Origin: Camelus dromedarius | Taxonomy: Eukaryota | DNA length: 64,000 nucleotides | Assembly: GCF_036321535.1 (NCBI RefSeq) | Contig: NC_087436.1 | Span: 3,100,001-3,164,000, forward strand | Reading direction: 5' to 3' | Shown: piece by piece, positions 62,201 to 64,000 of the stretch | How positions within the stretch are numbered: the stretch's first letter is position 1 | Layout of the letters: every line of letters begins with the position of its first letter | Program-made: the position numbers and the translations under genes | The notes under the pieces: generated by a model | Told to the model about the DNA's origin: nothing | The model's input: the letters and a program-made list of their open reading frames with translations, nothing else | Database searches by the model: none

Positions 62201-64000
62201 GGAACGGGTTGCAACAGAAACTTTTACTCTGGTTTCTCAGAGTATTTCCTAGTGCCGCTTTGAAGTTCCTGCAGTTTTCACTGTAAAACCGTGTTGGAGC
62301 TAGTACATCCCCATATATAGGTATGGAGTGGAGTTTGCAAGTGAAAATAAACTTTGTGTTCCCAACAAGCTAGGTGAAGGACGGCTTTCACACACACTTA
62401 TCTCTCAGAACTGAGCATGTGGAGAGACGTTCGTTCATCTAGCACAGAGGTAACGGATTGCAGGAGAAACTTTTACTCTGGTTTCTCAGTCTGTTTCCTA
62501 GTACCGGTTTGAAGTTTCTTTAGTTTTCACTGTAAAACCGAGTTGGTGCTAGTACCACCCCATATATATGTATGGAGTGGAGTTTGCAACTGAAAAGAAG
62601 CTTTGTTTTCCAAAGAAGCTAGGTGAAGGACGGCTTTCACACACACTTATCTCTCAGAACTGAACATGTGGAGAGACGTTCGTTCATCTTGCAAAAAGGG
62701 AACGGTTTGCAGGAGAAATTTTACTCTGGTTTCTCAGTCTGTTTCCTAGTCCGGTTTGTTGTTCCTGCAGATTTCACTGTAAAACTGAGTTGGAGCTAGT
62801 ACCTCCCCATATATATGTATGGAGTGGGGTTTGCAAATGAAAAGAAACTTTTTGTTCCCAAGAAGCTTTGTGAAAGACGGCTTTCACACACACTTATCTC
62901 TCAGAACTGAGCATGTGGAGAGACGTTCATTCATCTAGCACAAAGAGAAAGGTTTGCAGGAGAAACTTTTACTCTGGTTTCTCAGACTATTTCCTAGTGC
63001 CGGTTTGAAGTTCCTGCAGGTTTCACTGTAAAACCGAGTTGGAGCTTGTACTTCCCCATATATATGTATGGAGTGGAGTTTGCAAATGAAAAGAAATTTG
63101 GTATCCCAAGAAGCTATGTGAAAGACGGCCTTCACACACACTTATCTCTCAGAACTGAGCATGTGCAGAGACGTTCGTTCATCTAGCACAAAAGAACGGG
63201 TTGCAGGAGAAACTTTTTCTCTGGTTTCTCAGTCTGTTTCCTAGTGCCGGTTTGAAGTTCCTGCAGTTTTCACTGTAAAACCGAGTTGGAGCTAGTACTT
63301 CCCCATATATATTTATGGAGTGGAGTTTGCAACTGAAAATAAACTTTGTGTTCCCAACAAGCTAGGTTAAGAACGGCTTTCACACACACATATATCTCAG
63401 AACTGAGCATGTGGAGAGACTTTCGTTCATCTAGCACAAAGGGAAATGGTTGCAGGAGAAACTTTTATTCTGGTTTCTCAGTATGTTTCCTGTTGCCGCT
63501 TTGAAGTTCCTGCAGTTTTCACTGTAAAACCGAGTTGGAGCTAGTACATCCCCATAAATATGTATGGAGTGGAGTTTGCAACTGTAAAGAAACTTTGTGT
63601 TCCCAACAAGCTAGGTGAAGGACGGCTTTCACACACAATTATCTCTCAGAACTGAGCATGTGGAGAGACGTTCGTTCATCTAGCACAAATGGAACGGGTT
63701 GCAGGAGAAACTTTTACCCTGGTTTCTCAGTCTGTTTCCTAGTGCCGGTTTGAAGTTCCTGAAGGTTTCACTGTAACACCGAGTTGGAGCTAGTACCTCC
63801 CCATATATATGTATGGAGTGGAGATTGCAATTGATGAGAAAATTTGTGTTCCCAAAAAGCTATGTGAAGGACGGCTTTCACACACAGTTAACTCTCAGAT
63901 ATGAGCATGTGGAGAGACGTTCGTTCATCTAGCACAAAGGAAACGTGTTGCAGGGGAAACTTTTATTCTGGTTTCTCAGTCTGTTTCCTAGTACCGGTTT
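56280..64000 (+). repeat. Dispersed duplicate block of ~5 monomers: ~56280-57550 recurs at ~62740-64000 (offset ~6.46 kb, 26 monomers)
   Basis: ORF pair 56473/62935. The two blocks share private variants AATTTGGTATCCC and CACAAATGGAACGGGTTGCAGGAGAAACTTTTACCC, plus GTAACACC. Confidence 0.8.

Larger units (their letters stand above)
1..64000 (+). repeat. Tandem satellite DNA array, ~249-bp monomer, ~257 head-to-tail copies; probably eukaryotic centromeric or pericentromeric satellite (family not identified)
   Basis: The GAAGGACGGCTTTCACACAC-like motif recurs at 1, 250, 499, 748, 993, 1242 and so on to the end of the window. Every line aligns to one consensus with only SNPs and 1-4 bp indels. 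The array runs off both window edges. The repeat call is direct; the centromeric location is inferred from architecture only. Confidence 0.99.

Noticed and set aside
811..63141. All short ORFs (60-99 aa) in the supplied track, on both strands
   Set aside because: They are translations of the satellite monomer in various frames. They open and close with single SNPs or indels, mostly use non-ATG starts and show no recognisable domain. They were useful only as markers of repeat periodicity.
1..64000. CRISPR array or other repeat-spacer system
   Set aside because: There are no unique spacers: the entire 249 bp is repeated, and no cas or other genes are present.
1..64000. Transposon insertion, inversion or telomeric repeat within the array
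   Set aside because: Reading through, every segment aligns to the monomer in the same orientation. I saw no foreign sequence, strand switch or TTAGGG-type tract.

Overview
The whole 64-kb window is one uninterrupted, head-to-tail satellite DNA array. It has a ~249-bp monomer, about 257 copies, all in the same orientation, with no genes, transposon insertions, inversions or unique sequence that I can see. Consensus read by eye: GAAGGACGGCTTTCACACACACTTATCTCTCAGAACTGAGCATGTGGAGAGACGTTCGTTCATCTAGCACAAAGGGAACGGGTTGCAGGAGAAACTTTTACTCTGGTTTCTCAGTCTGTTTCCTAGTGCCGGTTTGAAGTTCCTGCAGTTTTCACTGTAAAACCGAGTTGGAGCTAGTACCTCCCCATATATATGTATGGAGTGGAGTTTGCAACTGAAAAGAAACTTTGTGTTCCCAACAAGCTAGGT. Monomers fall into roughly 35 recognisable variant types that recur in fixed order. 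They form irregular, nested higher-order repeats: an ~18-mer (4,475 bp), an 11-mer, and local 2-, 4-, 6- and 7-mer duplications. There is also a near-identical 38-mer (9,441 bp) tandem duplication and a loose ~35-37 kb macro-repeat. This architecture is typical of eukaryotic centromeric or pericentromeric satellite, but centromeric function is an inference and I cannot name the species or family. Notable sequence-level observations: a CENP-B-box core split by 13 nt, dense short dyad symmetry, traces of an ancestral ~125-bp half-monomer, in-register chimeric monomers at rearrangement junctions, and an apparent G>T/C>A-rich variant spectrum. All listed ORFs are satellite artefacts. Monomer type letters used below are my own labels.
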